DNA of 64,000 nucleotides from Eledone cirrhosa (taxonomy: Eukaryota), in NCBI GenBank assembly GCA_964016885.1, contig OZ024741.1:107074001-107138000 (forward strand), written 5' to 3'. Below are positions 1-14,106 of this stretch, piece by piece. The notes under the pieces were generated by a model. That model saw only the letters and a program-made list of their open reading frames with translations, ran no database searches and was not told where the DNA came from. Position 1 is the stretch's first letter. Every line of letters begins with the position of its first letter. The translations under genes were made by a program, and so were the position numbers.

Positions 1-562
1 TTTTCTGGTCAATCGGTTTTGGTTATTAACTGCGGTTATTTAATTTCATTTAATTAACTCCATGTTTTCCAAACTGTATGCCACGACACCTTAGTGTGTC
101 ATTGATAATCGCTAGGTATGTCTTAATACCTTGATATGTCACTGATAATCTCTACATGTGTAACATAACCTTAATGTTTTATTGTGCCACTGATAATATC
201 TAGGAGTTTCACGACTCTTTACTGTTCGCATATATATTACTTTCGGAAAGTTCCATACAAATCAAAGATTTTAAATAAAGGTAAATGTGAAAAAGCACAA
301 GGGTATATTTAATGATTTTTTCCTTTAATTCGACAGAAAGAATATTTTTATAAATGTTATATTAAATAGATTTAAATTTAGTCAAATATTACAAATACTA
401 AGACAAGGATCATTATTAAAATATGCCTTAATATTTGTTTTTATATACTTTGTGAAATTATAAAACTAATGTGGTTAGATGTATTCATTGGATGAAAGTT
501 TGGACTCTTTATTATTCTTCGAACGGAAAACAATGCTCGCTTCTTCAGCCACCTGATTTCGA

Positions 563-599
<37 letters not shown>

Positions 600-859
600 A
601 TTTATATATATGAACTCAGTGTACAATCAGAATTTAGCTAATCAAAAAGACATCCATATTTTGTATTAACGTGTAAGGAGAAACCCATAGCTGTAGATAA
701 AACACCTGCAACTCAATCGTGTAGCGTCGATCTCCTCTAAAAGTACTTGAACCTTAATTAGGCCGCTAATACACCAGGGATGGGAATCGTATGACCATCA
801 CAGCTCCTAACTGCATTTTCTCTTAAAATATCTGAGCTTTTGAGCCCAATTTGAGAATA

Positions 860-1075
860 CCAGTATTACGTATGGAAGCGTTGTGGTCGTCGCTTCTAGA
901 ATATATTTAAGCTGGACAACCTTCTTTCTCTCCCCAGTTGAGTGTGATTTAACTTCCTTTGCGTCACTTTCTTTCTTTGTGTCCCTATTAAGCATTTCAA
1001 GTGGCCAATGGCCTTATCCTTGTGATGAAGGTGGATGAGCTGTGGCTCGGTGGCCAGCTTCCGAGCAATACTTGG
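860..1075 (-). mobile_element. Highly decayed CR1/Jockey-group LINE ORF2 C-terminal fragment
   Basis: Minus-strand remnants (…GTQRKKVT…ERRLSSLNIF…RR..R..YW) resemble the post-RT 'VQRxxT…RLxxLxxxSLxxRRxR' signature; frameshifted. Confidence 0.4.
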
Positions 1076-1082
1076 ACGAGAA

Positions 1083-1150
1083 TTAGATACACACCGTTGA
1101 TACTTTATTCCCGATGTTAGATACACACCGTTGACACTTTATTCCCGATG
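1083..1150. repeat. 34-bp direct tandem duplication
   Basis: ttagatacacaccgttga(t/c)actttattcccgatg twice, one mismatch. Confidence 0.9.
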
Positions 1151-1823
1151 AGAATTATAGACATAAATAAATTACAGTTGTTCATGGTACTCCACCCTCA
1201 GTAATGAGGATGAGAAGTGACCTGTGATGTCATAAATTTAGTGGACGTATAAACCTCCCATTTAATTTTCGAACTGAGTTATGAATGTAAAAACGCGATG
1301 CCTTGTCTTAGTATCACAAGCGTATGATCACAGGTTCTGCGTTTTGATTTTGAGCAGGTCATTTTATTTCGCATTACTACAGTCCATATCTAAATACAAC
1401 AAAATCATCAAAGATAAAGGAGTATTTTGTACACTCAGTTTATTAAGATTGCATGAAATAATTTCAAACTCCGGCCAGATGAGTCTCCAAGGCTCGAGAA
1501 ACAAAGACTTCAACATTTTTCACAGCTCTCCTCATTAAAACAGGGCCGTACCACAAAACCTTCCGACTTCTATTAGCCCGACAACCTCCCTTATTCTAGA
1601 CAGAAATGACGATGTTTCTGTAACCTAATGCCCCACACCTGTGAAAGGATGGCCGCAACCCTCGATAAGAAACACAACTTCCCCACCCTCACAAGTAACA
1701 ATTTATTGAGAAAAGTTGTTTCATTTTCAACACTTCCTTTTTTTTTCTTTACCTTCTAATTATTGTCCTTCCTCCTTCTAGCCTACACACAATCTCTTTC
1801 TCTCTTGCTCTGCCTTTGTGTGT

Positions 1824-1941
<118 letters not shown>

Positions 1942-2027
1942 ATATATACATACATATATACATATGTATATATATTTATATGTATACACCCCCCTCCCAC
2001 ACACATATATATATATATATATATAAG

Positions 2028-2108
2028 GTAATATCAGGTAAATTATTTAATGAATAAACGACCGCTACAGTATATGTTACACTCACACGTACACACACGT
2101 ACAGACAG

Positions 2109-2166
<58 letters not shown>

Positions 2167-2249
2167 CTATGTCTGTTTGTGTGTGTACGTGTGAGTGTAA
2201 CATATACTGTAGCGGTCGTTTATTCATTAAATAATTTACCTGATATTAC
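2028..2249. repeat. Inverted repeat, ~85-bp arms around a (TA)n spacer
   Basis: gtaatatcaggtaaattatttaatgaataaacgaccgctac…gtcat (TA)n atgac…gtagcggtcgtttattcattaaataatttacctgatattac; small differences near the loop. Confidence 0.9.
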
Positions 2250-2456
2250 ACCTTCAAAACCAGGTGAAATTGATCCCCTTTTAACAACACACATATACAC
2301 AAACATACGTGCATACACTCACATACACACACAAACAGGCACACGCATCGCACTGCATCACACCGCTCACCACAGAACCAGCAATACCAGCTCCCCGACA
2401 CAGTAATCATATTGTACACACACACCTTCTCTAAGAGATCTATATATATTTATAAC

Positions 2457-2503
<47 letters not shown>

Positions 2504-2729
2504 CTCTCTCTCTCTCTTTCTGCCTGACGCGTGGAACATCGCCGGTAAGCTTTTTTGTTAATTTCTATGCAAAAAAACCGAAATAATTGTTTGAAAAAAC
2601 ATAACATTTTGTAGTTAACTCCCAAGCTGAATTGTTAGATGGGTGGTAACCCCATTTTTCGCCCCTCTGGGGGCGAAAATTTTATTTTAAAAATTGTTTT
2701 AAAATATCAGATTTTACAAACTAAATAAC

Positions 2730-4640
2730 TTGAGCAACACAAGAACGCTGGAGAACGTCAATAGAGAAAAGAGAGAGAAAGAAGCAGATATTAACGTTAT
2801 ATCTGCTTCTGCTACTATGGACGTCGCCATAGATACGACTGTCAACAAAGAGGAAAAAATATTACCACTTGAAGATTTTAAAATTTCTACCGTCGAAGCG
2901 GAGAAAAATAACAATAACACACAGGAAAACACAGGAATTAAACCCATTAACATACATACACACGAAAAAGACATCAACAACTCTACAGATACATCTACAC
3001 ATAATGTTTCACCTCGACAAGGAACTGAGATTTCCAACACCGAGGCTAACAACGATAACAACAACAACAACAACAGCAACACCACACAAAAAAAATGTCT
3101 TTCGCTGAAACAGTGAACAAAAAACAAGATTTTATAAATCTTGATATCTCCAAGGCAAGAGATATGCTCCAGCAAGGGAGAAAATTTGTAACTTTCGAAG
3201 AAAAGGGTGGGTTTAGAATTAACTCACCCTTTGAAATAAAGGAAGACACAATTCGCAGATCAGTCACCTTTAGGACTGTGTCAAATTCCACAAGAAATCC
3301 GACATTTGTTAGCCAAGCAGATATAGAAGCTACTTTCAAGGAAATTCTAGCAAATATCGATTTTCTCCAGCGAGGAAAACAGTACGGAAGTGTTTCCGTA
3401 CTGTTTAAAAGCGAGGCACTCACCCAAAAATATTCTGTGACACCAATGGTGTCAAAAACATACAGCTTTTTCCCTACATACATGGGAAAAAGGACACAAA
3501 AAATAAAAATAAAAAACATACCCCCAAACATTAACATCTGGTGGATCTTGGCTGGCTTCGTAGAGCCAGAAACTGATATGATTCTTTCGATACGAAAATC
3601 TATTCGAAAAAGGTGGGCGGGTACTGATTTTGAGATTCTGTTGCAAATGAAACCGGAGAGAATCTCCAAAATACCCCAAAGAGTCGTCATCGATAATAAC
3701 AACAAAATAAACATTTCGGTAGAAGGATGAACATTTCATTGCTTTCGCTGTGGTAGCACAGCACACCTAAAAGCCTATTGTCCACAAACATACAACAACA
3801 ACATCATTAAAAAAACACTATTACCAACACCAACATCAAAACAACCACCACCACCACAAGTACAACGACAGACGAAACGAGCAACCACACCAAAACAAAC
3901 AGACACTCAACCAACAACAGCAGAAAAAACAGAGACAACATCCCTGAAGAACACAGCCCCACTCCATCCCACTCCATCAAACACTACCACAAATACACAC
4001 ACCGAAACACCACCAGCACACAACATACCCCTATACCACACACCTGACGATGATTATTCATCGACGGATGAAGATGCTTCTCCTTCTTTAAGTGAAGAAG
4101 AGGGAGAACCGCGGAAATCTAAAAAGCAAAAAAAAGGGAGACCACAAAACCCCCAAAACTCCAATCACCAACACCAACACACAACCACAGACACAAACAA
4201 CAACACAAACAAAACCACAGTCAAACATCCCCCTATCAGCAAAACCAGCACCAACACCACCCCAAACACAAGCACCTACCATAAAAAGAAAACTCCCGGA
4301 CGAACAACAAACTAAAACAACACAACAAAAACACAAACAACAATACGCATACATCAACACAAACAACAAGAGTTTGATGGAGGTCATCTCCCAAAACCCC
4401 AAGATGGAGACGGAGGGCAAAACTTTCGTCAAGGCAGAATCGTCTCCACACCTTAAACTTATAAGGGTTTCTATGGAAACCTATAAAGACCTAAAAAATA
4501 AATTTTTACAGGACGTGGGCAACCCCTGCCACAAACCCATCAACCGCGTCCTGTTAAAATGTTTCCCCACCCCACCCAACACCCCACCCAGCACCCAAAT
4601 GGAGATTGAACAACCCGATCTCCAGGAAACGAAAAGATAA
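2730..4640 (+). pseudogene. LINE ORF1 (gag-like, CCHC zinc knuckle), frameshifted
   Basis: The 3095-3730 frame continues past one TGA into CFRCGSTAHLKAYCP (CX2CX4HX4C, ~3740-3785), followed by a Pro/Thr-rich tail; true start uncertain. Confidence 0.8.
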
Positions 4641-4681
4641 GTGCACCTTTCGTACATTTTCTCCAACTTTTCTTCACCAAC

Positions 4682-7465
4682 ATGGCTAGTTTACGAGTTG
4701 GAACCGTGAATGTGCGTGGCCTAGGGATGCCCTGAAAACAGGGCCAACTTTTAAACGACCTTAGGTCACACAGTATGGATGTGATAGCCATCACCGAGTC
4801 CAGGATCCACAACTGGCAGCAACTAACCCCCATCTTCGACGACTTTGAGATCTACGCATCTCTCTGTCAGCCAGGAGATGGAGGTGGAGTGGCTGTCATG
4901 TTTCGGAAGAACCTGGACGTCGAAGTACAGCAAGTACACTTGGACCCGGAGGGTAGACTGGTAATCCTAGACGTGAACAGTATTGGAGGTGGAGCCTTCA
5001 GACTGGTGGCCGTTTATGCCCCGACCGGGCAATCGCAATCACGGCCAGACTTCTTTAAGCGTCTAGAGTCTTTTCTGGGAACGTCTCGCTCTTTACTTTT
5101 AGTGGGGGACTAGAATGGTATCCTAGATGCACGATGGGACTATGTGGGAGCATGTCCCAGTAGAGCGGGGTGCAACAGCCTCAAAACTTTAATCGGCCAA
5201 TTCCAATTGGCCGATAGGTATCGACTGGATTTCCCGACTGCACCACAGTGGACGTGGGCAAACCGCAGTGGGACATCTAGATCGTATTTAGATAGGTTCT
5301 TCGCAAATGTGCGCGGCCTTTCAGCGACACTTTGCGCGACTGTTTGAGCAGAACGACGGTGAGTCGAACGGGGCAATGGACTTTAGTTCATACCTCGACG
5401 GCCTGCCGCGTCTCTCGAACACGGACGCCGAGTTCTGCGAAAGACCGATCACGGACACTGAGATACGGGACGCTCTGGGCCGCTGCGGTCTAGATGGTCT
5501 ACCCTACGAGTTTTACATAGGCATGCCGGACTTGTTCTCTGGCGTCCTCGAAGCCGTCTACTGCAATTGGCAGCAGAACGGGAGAATCCCCAGTTCTGCA
5601 GGAAAGGGCGTAGTAACGCTGATCAGGAAAGACGAGAACAAGGGGGACGAAATTAACAATTTCAGGCCCATAACTCTGCTCAACACAGAGTTAAAGATTT
5701 TGGCCAAGGTGCTAGCGACGAGGTTGGCGCTTGTCGTCGAGAACCTGGTAAGGAAAGCGCAAACGTGTGCAATCCCGACCAGGTCCATACACGACAACCT
5801 CCACCTCATGCGATACATCATAGAGAGGGTGGGTACTAAACCCGGCTTCGGTGGGGTTCTGATCAACTTGGATCAGTCTAAGGCATTCGATAGGGTCGAC
5901 CATCGATACTTGGAAGCGGTTCTCAAGGCGGCCGGTTTCGGTCCCGTGTTCAGAGGATGGATCGAGGCGATGCACACCAGCATCTGCTCGAGGATCAAGG
6001 TGAACAGCTACCTATCGGAGCCGTTCGCAATCACGCGTTCCATTCGACAGGGTTGCCTTCTCTCCTCCATTCTGTATGTATTGACTCTAGACCCACTACT
6101 GCGAAAATTGGAGCTGTTGCAGGGCATCCCTCTAGAACCGGAACAGCGCAAAGCGGCGTCGGCTTATGCCGACGACGTGACGGTAATGGTGTCGAGCACC
6201 TCGGAAATCGGGGTGATCGGCAACTTACTGAAAGAATACGAAACGCTGACGGGAGCAAAACTAAACCCGGACAAGTCTGTCGGTTTGCAACTCGGTACGT
6301 GGAGAGGCAAACCGATGACGTCCGACAGCGTCGGTGGACGCTAGACGGACAGACCGGTGAAATTGCTCGGAGTCTGGTTCGGTCCAGACCTCCAGGTGGA
6401 GAAAAACTGGAACGAGGTCACGGCCAAGGTGTTTGCACTCACCCAGAAGTTGGCAGAGTGCAAACTGTCCTTGAAAGGTCGAGCGGAGGTGGCGAACACT
6501 TTCATAGCGTCCGTCATCTACTACCGCTTAACTGTCGTGCCTTGTCCCCGTGAACACCTCGCCAAGATGGAACGCATGCTCTTCCAGTTTCTGTGGAAGA
6601 AGCAGGCTCCGCTGGTGAGGAGATCCGTCTGCTGTCAGCACCCTTCCAACGGAGGGCTGAGAATGCCGTGGCTGATGATGCGCAAACATGCGCTGAGGCT
6701 GTGGCATCTCCAGGTATTCCTCACCAACCCCCAGCCGATGTGGGCACCGTTTGTGAGACAGGCTTTCCCACAGCTCGTCTCGCTGACGGAGCTTCAGTCC
6801 TGGGTCAAGAAAAGACCGAAAACGATGGGCGCCTGGCACATTGAATGCGCTCAGGCGCTCACAGTCCTCTGGCAAGCGGGCGCAGCAATCATTCTATAGA
6901 GGGATTGTACGTTACAAGGGCAACGACGTGCTCGGAGAGACTCTGGGCATCGAAGACGATGAGCTTATCAGTCTGTTTGATAGGACTTTCCACCCGGGAC
7001 CTATGGACGACTTACAGAGGTCCCTGGCCTGGCAGTGCTACCGAGGAGCGCTACCGGTTCGTGACAAGATCTACAGGCACGGACGCCCCGCCAGGGATCC
7101 TTCCAAGAGGACGTGTCCAAGATGCGCGCAATTGTACACTGCCCGGGCGTATGGGACAAATCCAGTTGAATGCCGAGTCCATAGTAAGGATCAAACCGCC
7201 AGCCTCTTTCAAAAACGAAGGAGAGGCGGTTTTCTTCTCTACGGTGGCTATGGTGAAAGAAGTTATATGGTGGACGAGGTTGAGAGGACTGAGGACAGAT
7301 GCCTTTCTCTCCGGACAACAATTGATTCCCTTCTTTAAGTATCAATTTAGAAGGAGAATCAGGATGGAGAGAGAGGCACTGCACCCCAGTAAATTTACTG
7401 AAAGGTGGGTGACTGAAGCGAAAATGGCCCGAGTGATTGGGCCTTCTCTGTTTATAAGCCTGTAG
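4682..7465 (+). pseudogene. LINE ORF2 (APE endonuclease + reverse transcriptase), with stops and internal deletions
   Basis: MASLRVGTVNVRGL, AVYAPT, LVGD*N, SYLDRF (APE); [41 protein letters not shown] (RT); deletions near 5306, 6890 and 7130. Confidence 0.93.
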
Positions 7466-7698
7466 GTTGAAGAAGAGAGCAAAAGGGAGAAAGGAGCACT
7501 TGCACAACACGCTCCTGGAGTTGAGGGTTGTTCTATCGACGGGGTATTAAACAACCTATTTGTGGCGCCTCCCCCCTATAGGGGATTTCAATTGTTGTAA
7601 TTGTTTGTTTTTATATTATTTACACGATTGTATGTAAAATCCCCGGCATGTCTTTGTATTGTCCCCTTTTCTTGTGCGCCCTTGTGGCTAATAAAGAA

Positions 7699-7767
<69 letters not shown>

Positions 7768-7795
7768 ACTATCTATCTATCTATCTATCTATCTA

Positions 7796-7826
<31 letters not shown>

Positions 7827-7833
7827 TCTATAT

Positions 7834-9262
7834 ATCAACTTGGATCAGTCTAAGGCTTTCGATAGGGTTGACCATCGTTACCTGGATGCGGTGCTCGAGG
7901 CGGCAGGCTTCGGACCCGTGTTCAGGGGCTGAATTGCTGCAATGCACAGCAGCAACATCTGCTCAAGGGTCAAGGTGAACGGCTACCTCTCGGAGCCGTT
8001 CGATATCACGCGATCCATCCGACAGGGATGCCCTCTCTTCTCCCTTCTGTACGTACTGACTCTCGAGCCACTACTGCGGAAGTTGGAGCTATTGCAGGGC
8101 ATCCCTTTGGAACCGAGACTGCGAAAAGCGGCGTCGGCCTACGCCGACGACGTAACAGTAGTGGTGTCGAGCGCCTCGCAAATCGGGGAGATCAGCACCT
8201 TACTGAAGGAATACGAAAGGTTCACAGGAGCGAAGCTGAACCGGGACAAATCCGTCGGTTTGCAACTCGGAACGTGGAGAGGCAAACCGATGCCTTCCGA
8301 TGACGTCGTCGGACGCTGGACAGAAGGACCGGTAAAGCTGCTCGGGGTCTGGTTTGGTCCGGACCTCCAGGTGGAGAAGAACTGGAACGAGGTGACGGCC
8401 AAGGTGTTTGCGCTCACCCAGAAGTGGGCCGTGTGCAAACTATCCTTGAAAGGTCGAGCGGAGGTGGCGAACACTTTTATAGCGTGCGTCATCTACTACC
8501 GCTTGACCGTCGTGCCTTGTCCAGTCAAAACGCTCACCAAAATGGAGCGCGCGCTCTTCCAATTCCTTTGGAAGAAACGCGCTCCTTTGGTGAAAAGATC
8601 CATCTGCTGCCAGCACCCTTCAAACGGAGGGCTGGGGATGCCGTGGCTGACGATGCGCAAACACGTGCTCAGGCTGCGACACCTCCACGTATTCCTCACC
8701 AGACAACCGGTGTGGGCCCCGTTCGTGAGGCGAACCTTCCCACGACTCGTCTCGCTAACCGAGCTGCAATCCTGGGTCAAGCAAATACCGAGGAAAATGG
8801 GCGACTGGCACATCGAATGTGCTCAGGCGCTCACAGCCCTCTGGCAGGCGGACCCGGCGATCAGTGGAGACTCCACTTCTACATTCTATAGAGGGTTGGT
8901 CCGCAGCAAGTGCGACGACACGCTCGGAGAAACTCTGGGCGTAGAGGAGGATGAACTGGCCAGTCTGTTCGGTAGGACCTTCCGCCCGGCACCAATGGAC
9001 AACTTCCAAAAGTTCCTGGCCTGGTAGTGCTACCGAGGAGCTCTACCAGTTCGAGACAAGCTCTACAGACACGGGCGCCTGGGTAGGGACCCTTCGAAAA
9101 AGATCTGTCCGAGATGCGTGCACGACGAGGAAACCGTCGCGCACGCATTTGAACACTGCCCGGTCGTTACCGACCTGTGGGGCTATGTAGAACGACTATT
9201 GTCGCGGGTGGGACCAATCCAGCTGACCACCGAGTCCATTGTCATGATCGAACCGCCACAAA
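7834..9262 (+). mobile_element. Second, truncated copy of a related Tx1-type LINE (RT to C-terminal zinc finger)
   Basis: [46 protein letters not shown]; colinear with 5862-7200 but diverged. Confidence 0.92.
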
Positions 9263-9712
9263 GAATTGTTTGGGAAAACTTTTCTCCTTAAATTTTCACT
9301 TCCATTTCTTTGTTATACACAGTCAGACACTCATGCTAGCACACGTATATACGGAGACACGTATATAGAAAAACAAACACACATGCACACATGCACACAT
9401 TTTTCTTCTATTCTTTTTTTTGTTTGTTCCCCCTTTTTTAAAATCTCTTTCTTCATTTCTCGTTTATATGTTTTCATTAAATGTTTCATGAAAGAGTTGA
9501 TTTCCAAGACAACACCTGTAACCCAATTAATTAAGACATGCGTCATGTAATCGAATCTTATTCAATGTTGTTTAAACATTAATTAATGTAATGAATTCTA
9601 AATAATCGTACAATCTATCCCATGTAAATGCATAAACAGGCATTTACAGTGCTATACATACATGTGTATGTATGTAGGGATACATATGTACATATTTATA
9701 TATGTATATACA

Positions 9713-9763
<51 letters not shown>

Positions 9764-9764
<1 letters not shown>

Positions 9765-10305
9765 TAGCAGTGGTACCCGGCGTTGCACGGGATAAGGTAT
9801 TTTGGAACGCGGGCCGCCAACAGACCTAATCGTGGAAAAACTGCATGCCTGGACAATATATAAAGAAAATAAACCGAATACTCTGATGGATGGATAATCG
9901 AAGATTTTCCTCGATGAAGCAGGAAAAAGGCAGGTTTTCACCTGGGGGATCAAGCAAATTAATTTTTTTTTTGTGCATAATATGCCTTGAAATTTCGGGA
10001 AAATCGGCTAGACGTAACGCCTCAAAAAAGCCCTAAAAAGCCATAAAAGGCCATCAAAAAGTTGGATTTTCTTTGCTCACGGTATGAAGAAGAGACTGAC
10101 TAATACATAGTTACAATTTCAAGGAAATCGATCTGACGTAACGCCTCAAAAAAACCCCCAAAACCTGGAAAAAAAGCAGTTGGTCTCCTAATGGGGGCCC
10201 TAGGGAATCAACAAGTTGAATTTTTAAATGTGCATAACACTCCCTGAAATATAAGTAATACACATGTAAAGTTTGAAAAAGATCGGTTGGGTACTTCTCG
10301 GGTTT

Positions 10306-10382
<77 letters not shown>

Positions 10383-10953
10383 ACACACATACACACATAC
10401 ATACATACATACATACATACATACATACATACATACATACATACATACATCATTCCTCAGTTTTATATATATACATATATAGATTAAAATAACAAATTAA
10501 AGTTTAAGCAAAGAATCGTTGCTTTCACCCTTAACAGGATCTTCTGAAACTAAAAACATCAATCTGTGAACGCAGAAGTAAATATTTCGAAAAACGTTGC
10601 AACCGAAGGAAAACAGGAAGACGATACTTTGGTTTGTGAAGACGTTCCCTGGCAATGAACGGAAAATAGCGAACATAATACGTCATCAATGTTCGTCAGA
10701 ATGTCGTAATGCAGTCAGCCAGGCATACAGACAGATATTATAAGAGCGCAACGGAGATGGATAGCCGGCGCCTAACACCCCTTAACAACAGAAAATTAAA
10801 AAATAAAAGCTGCAGTTAATATCTTTAGACCGCAAGGAATATATAAATGCAAGTTTGAAGTCAATCGGAGTAGAAATGTGGATTTGTATAGACATTGCAA
10901 AAATGAGGACACACACATACATACACAGACAACATCAGTTTTATATATATAGA
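9764..10953 (-). mobile_element. Non-autonomous Helitron
   Basis: Minus strand reads A|TCTATATATATAAAA…CCCGTGCAACGCCGGGTACCACTGCTAG|T: 5'-TC, subterminal hairpin, 3'-CTAG, A/T target; a second 5'-like end lies near 10482. Confidence 0.75.
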
Positions 10954-11254
10954 TATCTATAATATTATAAAGCTGAGTGTCGTGTGTATGTATTTATGTA
11001 TGTATCCTACACACCTCCCTATAGTTTCTTAGCTTTACTCTTTACGTCACTCTTCCCCCTCTCTATAATTTAACTTCTTTACTCTCTCTGTCGCTCTTCA
11101 CTCTCTAATATTATAAAGCTGAGCGTCGTCTCTCTCTCTCTTTCCCTCTTTCACCCTCTCTATAATTTAACTGCGTTACTCTCTGTCTCTCTTCACTCTC
11201 TATCTGACAACACTCTTTTACTTTCCGTATCTACCTTCAATATATCAGTATATA

Positions 11255-11545
11255 CCCAGGTTCTGTTGCACGTCGGGCTGAGGGGGCCAAACTCCTCAAA
11301 TATCGGTCGCTCTCCAACAGGTTTGCGGTCGTATCCCTGGCAGTGGAGACTTCTGGTGTCCTCGGCCCCAGGGCTACCTTCTTACTCACCACCATAGGCG
11401 CTGAGCTGGCCAGCCGCAGGTGAGAGCCCCGCGAGTTGGAGTGGCTTTTCCAGCGCGTCTCCCTTGCCGTCCCCCGGGGAAACGCCTTCTCCATTCTGTC
11501 CACCGGGGCTGTGGGTGGGCCCCATCGCGTACCGTTGTAGTTGTT
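11255..11545 (+). mobile_element. 3' fragment of CRE-like non-LTR retrotransposon (restriction-like endonuclease C-terminus)
   Basis: ARRAEGAKLLKY…SLAVETSGVLG…EPRELEWLFQRVSLAVPRGNA; second copy at 36918-37137. Confidence 0.75.
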
Positions 11546-11775
11546 ATATACAGATATTAACTCATCAATTCCATTATTTATATCATATATCAACATAGAG
11601 ATGAGCGTCGTATGTATGTTTATTTCAAAAGGATAACCTCTTTCAAATTCGGTCAACACACAAGCAGGTAATACATATATCAAAAGGCAACCCTCTTAGA
11701 GAGACAGAGAGGGAAAGTGACAGATTAGGAAAACTATACACACACACACATCTAAAGAGAGAGAGAGAGAGGAGA

Positions 11776-11821
<46 letters not shown>

Positions 11822-11949
11822 AAAGAGAAACAGAGGGACGGGAAAGCAGGTAATACATACATCTAAAATCATAATGGTTGCAGAACAAAATTACAGACAA
11901 ATATAATAATGTATATATCCCACACACTTTTTCTGTCGTCGCTCGCATA

Positions 11950-12004
<55 letters not shown>

Positions 12005-12146
12005 ACACATACTTTCACACCTGATTTCGCCAATTGCCGGATAACATCAAAACAAAACACAGACACAACCATGCACACACACACACATACACAAACACAC
12101 ATACACATACACATACACAAACACACACACACACATATCTATACTT

Positions 12147-12178
<32 letters not shown>

Positions 12179-12334
12179 TGTATGTATGTATGTATGTATG
12201 TATTTAAGATCATTCCCCCTCTATATAATTTAACTGCGTTACTCTCCTGTCGCTCTTCACTCTCTATATGACAACACTGTTTTAGTTTCCGTATCTCCCT
12301 TTAATATATGCACATAGAGAAAGAGAGAGAGAGA

Positions 12335-12405
<71 letters not shown>

Positions 12406-12787
12406 ATTTAGAGAAAGATTAGGGAAACTACACACACACACACACATCTACAGAGAGAGACAGAAAAATAGAGGGAGGGAAAAAGAGAGAGATAGGCCGT
12501 TAGACAGAGAGAGATACAATTAAAGTGTTAGTTATTCAGAGAGAGAGAGAGAGGGAGAGAGAGAGTCGGAAGAACAATGTGACACGGGAGGGTGTGTGGT
12601 ATCTTTGCAGTGGAATGGTGGGGGCAGGTATACCTACCGGGCGCCAAGAAAGGGGGACAATCGTGGATGCGCATTTGGAACCGAACTGGTTCTCATCAGC
12701 ACGATCTCCCCCACTCTTGCTACTGCTGGACTTTGGAAACAGGTGTGTGTGTAGGTATAGATACATAGATAGATAGATATATGTACA

Positions 12788-12829
<42 letters not shown>

Positions 12830-12832
<3 letters not shown>

Positions 12833-13094
12833 TTGCGAGGTTTTTGATATGAAATCGTGTGTCGAAACAAATATTGTTATACTTGGGGAGGGTAAACTAT
12901 ATATATGTGTTTGTGTCTATATTGTATCTGTATTATTTTTGACCGTTGGTCAGTCAATGGCAACATTGAGGACCGAATAAATTAGATTACCGATATAAAA
13001 GACACAGAAGCGAAAAGCGAAAACCAACCAAACAGTGAGTGTGTTCTGTTATTAATGCTGGCAATATAACACAAATATGACCCTCCCCAAGTAT

Positions 13095-13100
<6 letters not shown>
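12830..13100. repeat. (TA)n-flanked repeat family with internal inversion; related copy at 49700-50150
   Basis: attgttatacttggggagggt (12873) and its reverse complement (13080); shared with 49742 and 50125; carries GAAAC..GTT half-HHR-like motif. Confidence 0.7.
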
Positions 13101-13173
<73 letters not shown>

Positions 13174-13829
13174 TATGTACATATATGTACATATATGTAC
13201 ATGGCGTTTATAAAAAAAAAGTTTAAACTCATTAAATGTATGAGTTTAAACAGCTCGTAAACATAACTGGAATTCTAAAGGATCCGGCTTCTATAACTCT
13301 CGGCAGAAACGAAGGGGTATATAGTCTTGACAACCACTTACAAGTGAGAATCGGTACTACTCTCGATTACTCCGCTTTGATTTTGCCAAGACTAAGTTGG
13401 GACGTAGTCAATATTTTAATAAATAAATATAAAGTATATTATCAAATATACTATACGTACATTAATATATACATTACTATTTCAGGCGACTATACTAATA
13501 TATATATATATATAAAAACAAATAACGAAACGAAATTAAATTTCGTTTCGTTTGTAACTCACTTTTGTATGACTGACGCTTAAACAATTAAGTTAAAAAT
13601 GTACATCCACATATGTATACTGAAATACTAGTATTTCAGTATACTATGTATACTGAGTTACAGACGAAACGAAATTTAATTTCGTTTCGTTATTTGTTTT
13701 TATCGTCTCCGTTGAACCGGTACGTACTCACGCTCTATGCAAATTAGTCTGCCCACTACTAATTTTCATAGAAAAAGCATATAACGATATGTGCTTTTAC
13801 GATTCTCTAGAAAGGCCGGAAGATAGGTA

Positions 13830-13874
13830 AATATTGCTGATGAGATGTTACAACATCGAAACTAGTCCAATATT
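13830..13874 (+). ncRNA. Minimal type I hammerhead ribozyme
   Basis: aatattg-CTGATGA-gatgtt ac aacatc-GAAAC-ta-GTC-caatatt: 7-bp stem I, perfect stem II, intact core, palindromic ACTAGT stem III. Confidence 0.88.
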
Positions 13875-14106
13875 CCTTGTCTGGCTTTCTGGAGAATAGA
13901 GGAAAGGTGTTTCCTCGAAAACCAGTATGACTCTAAAAACCGGTTTGTCTGTGTGTTTACATACAGAATAGCTGGACACTCACAGTAAAGTGTCCAGTGA
14001 AAAACTCGGTACATCTACATATGTACACGTGTGTGTATTCATATGCATACTAGTATTTCAGTATACATATGTGGATGTACATTTTTAACTTAATTATATA
14101 TATATA

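Larger units (their letters stand above)
2520..7699 (+). mobile_element. Near full-length decayed L1/Tx1-clade non-LTR retrotransposon
   Basis: ORF1 with zinc knuckle, ORF2 with APE and RT, 3'UTR ending AATAAAGAAAT then (CTAT)n; 5' end abuts (CTAT)n/(CT)n. Confidence 0.9.

Noticed and set aside
490-565. Minus-strand CTGAAGA…GAAGA…GTC and a similar motif near 35350-35395
   Set aside because: Core mismatches and weak stem I; could be chance
2714-9148. Antisense and alternative-frame ORFs over the LINEs
   Set aside because: Shadow ORFs of GC-rich retrotransposon coding sequence
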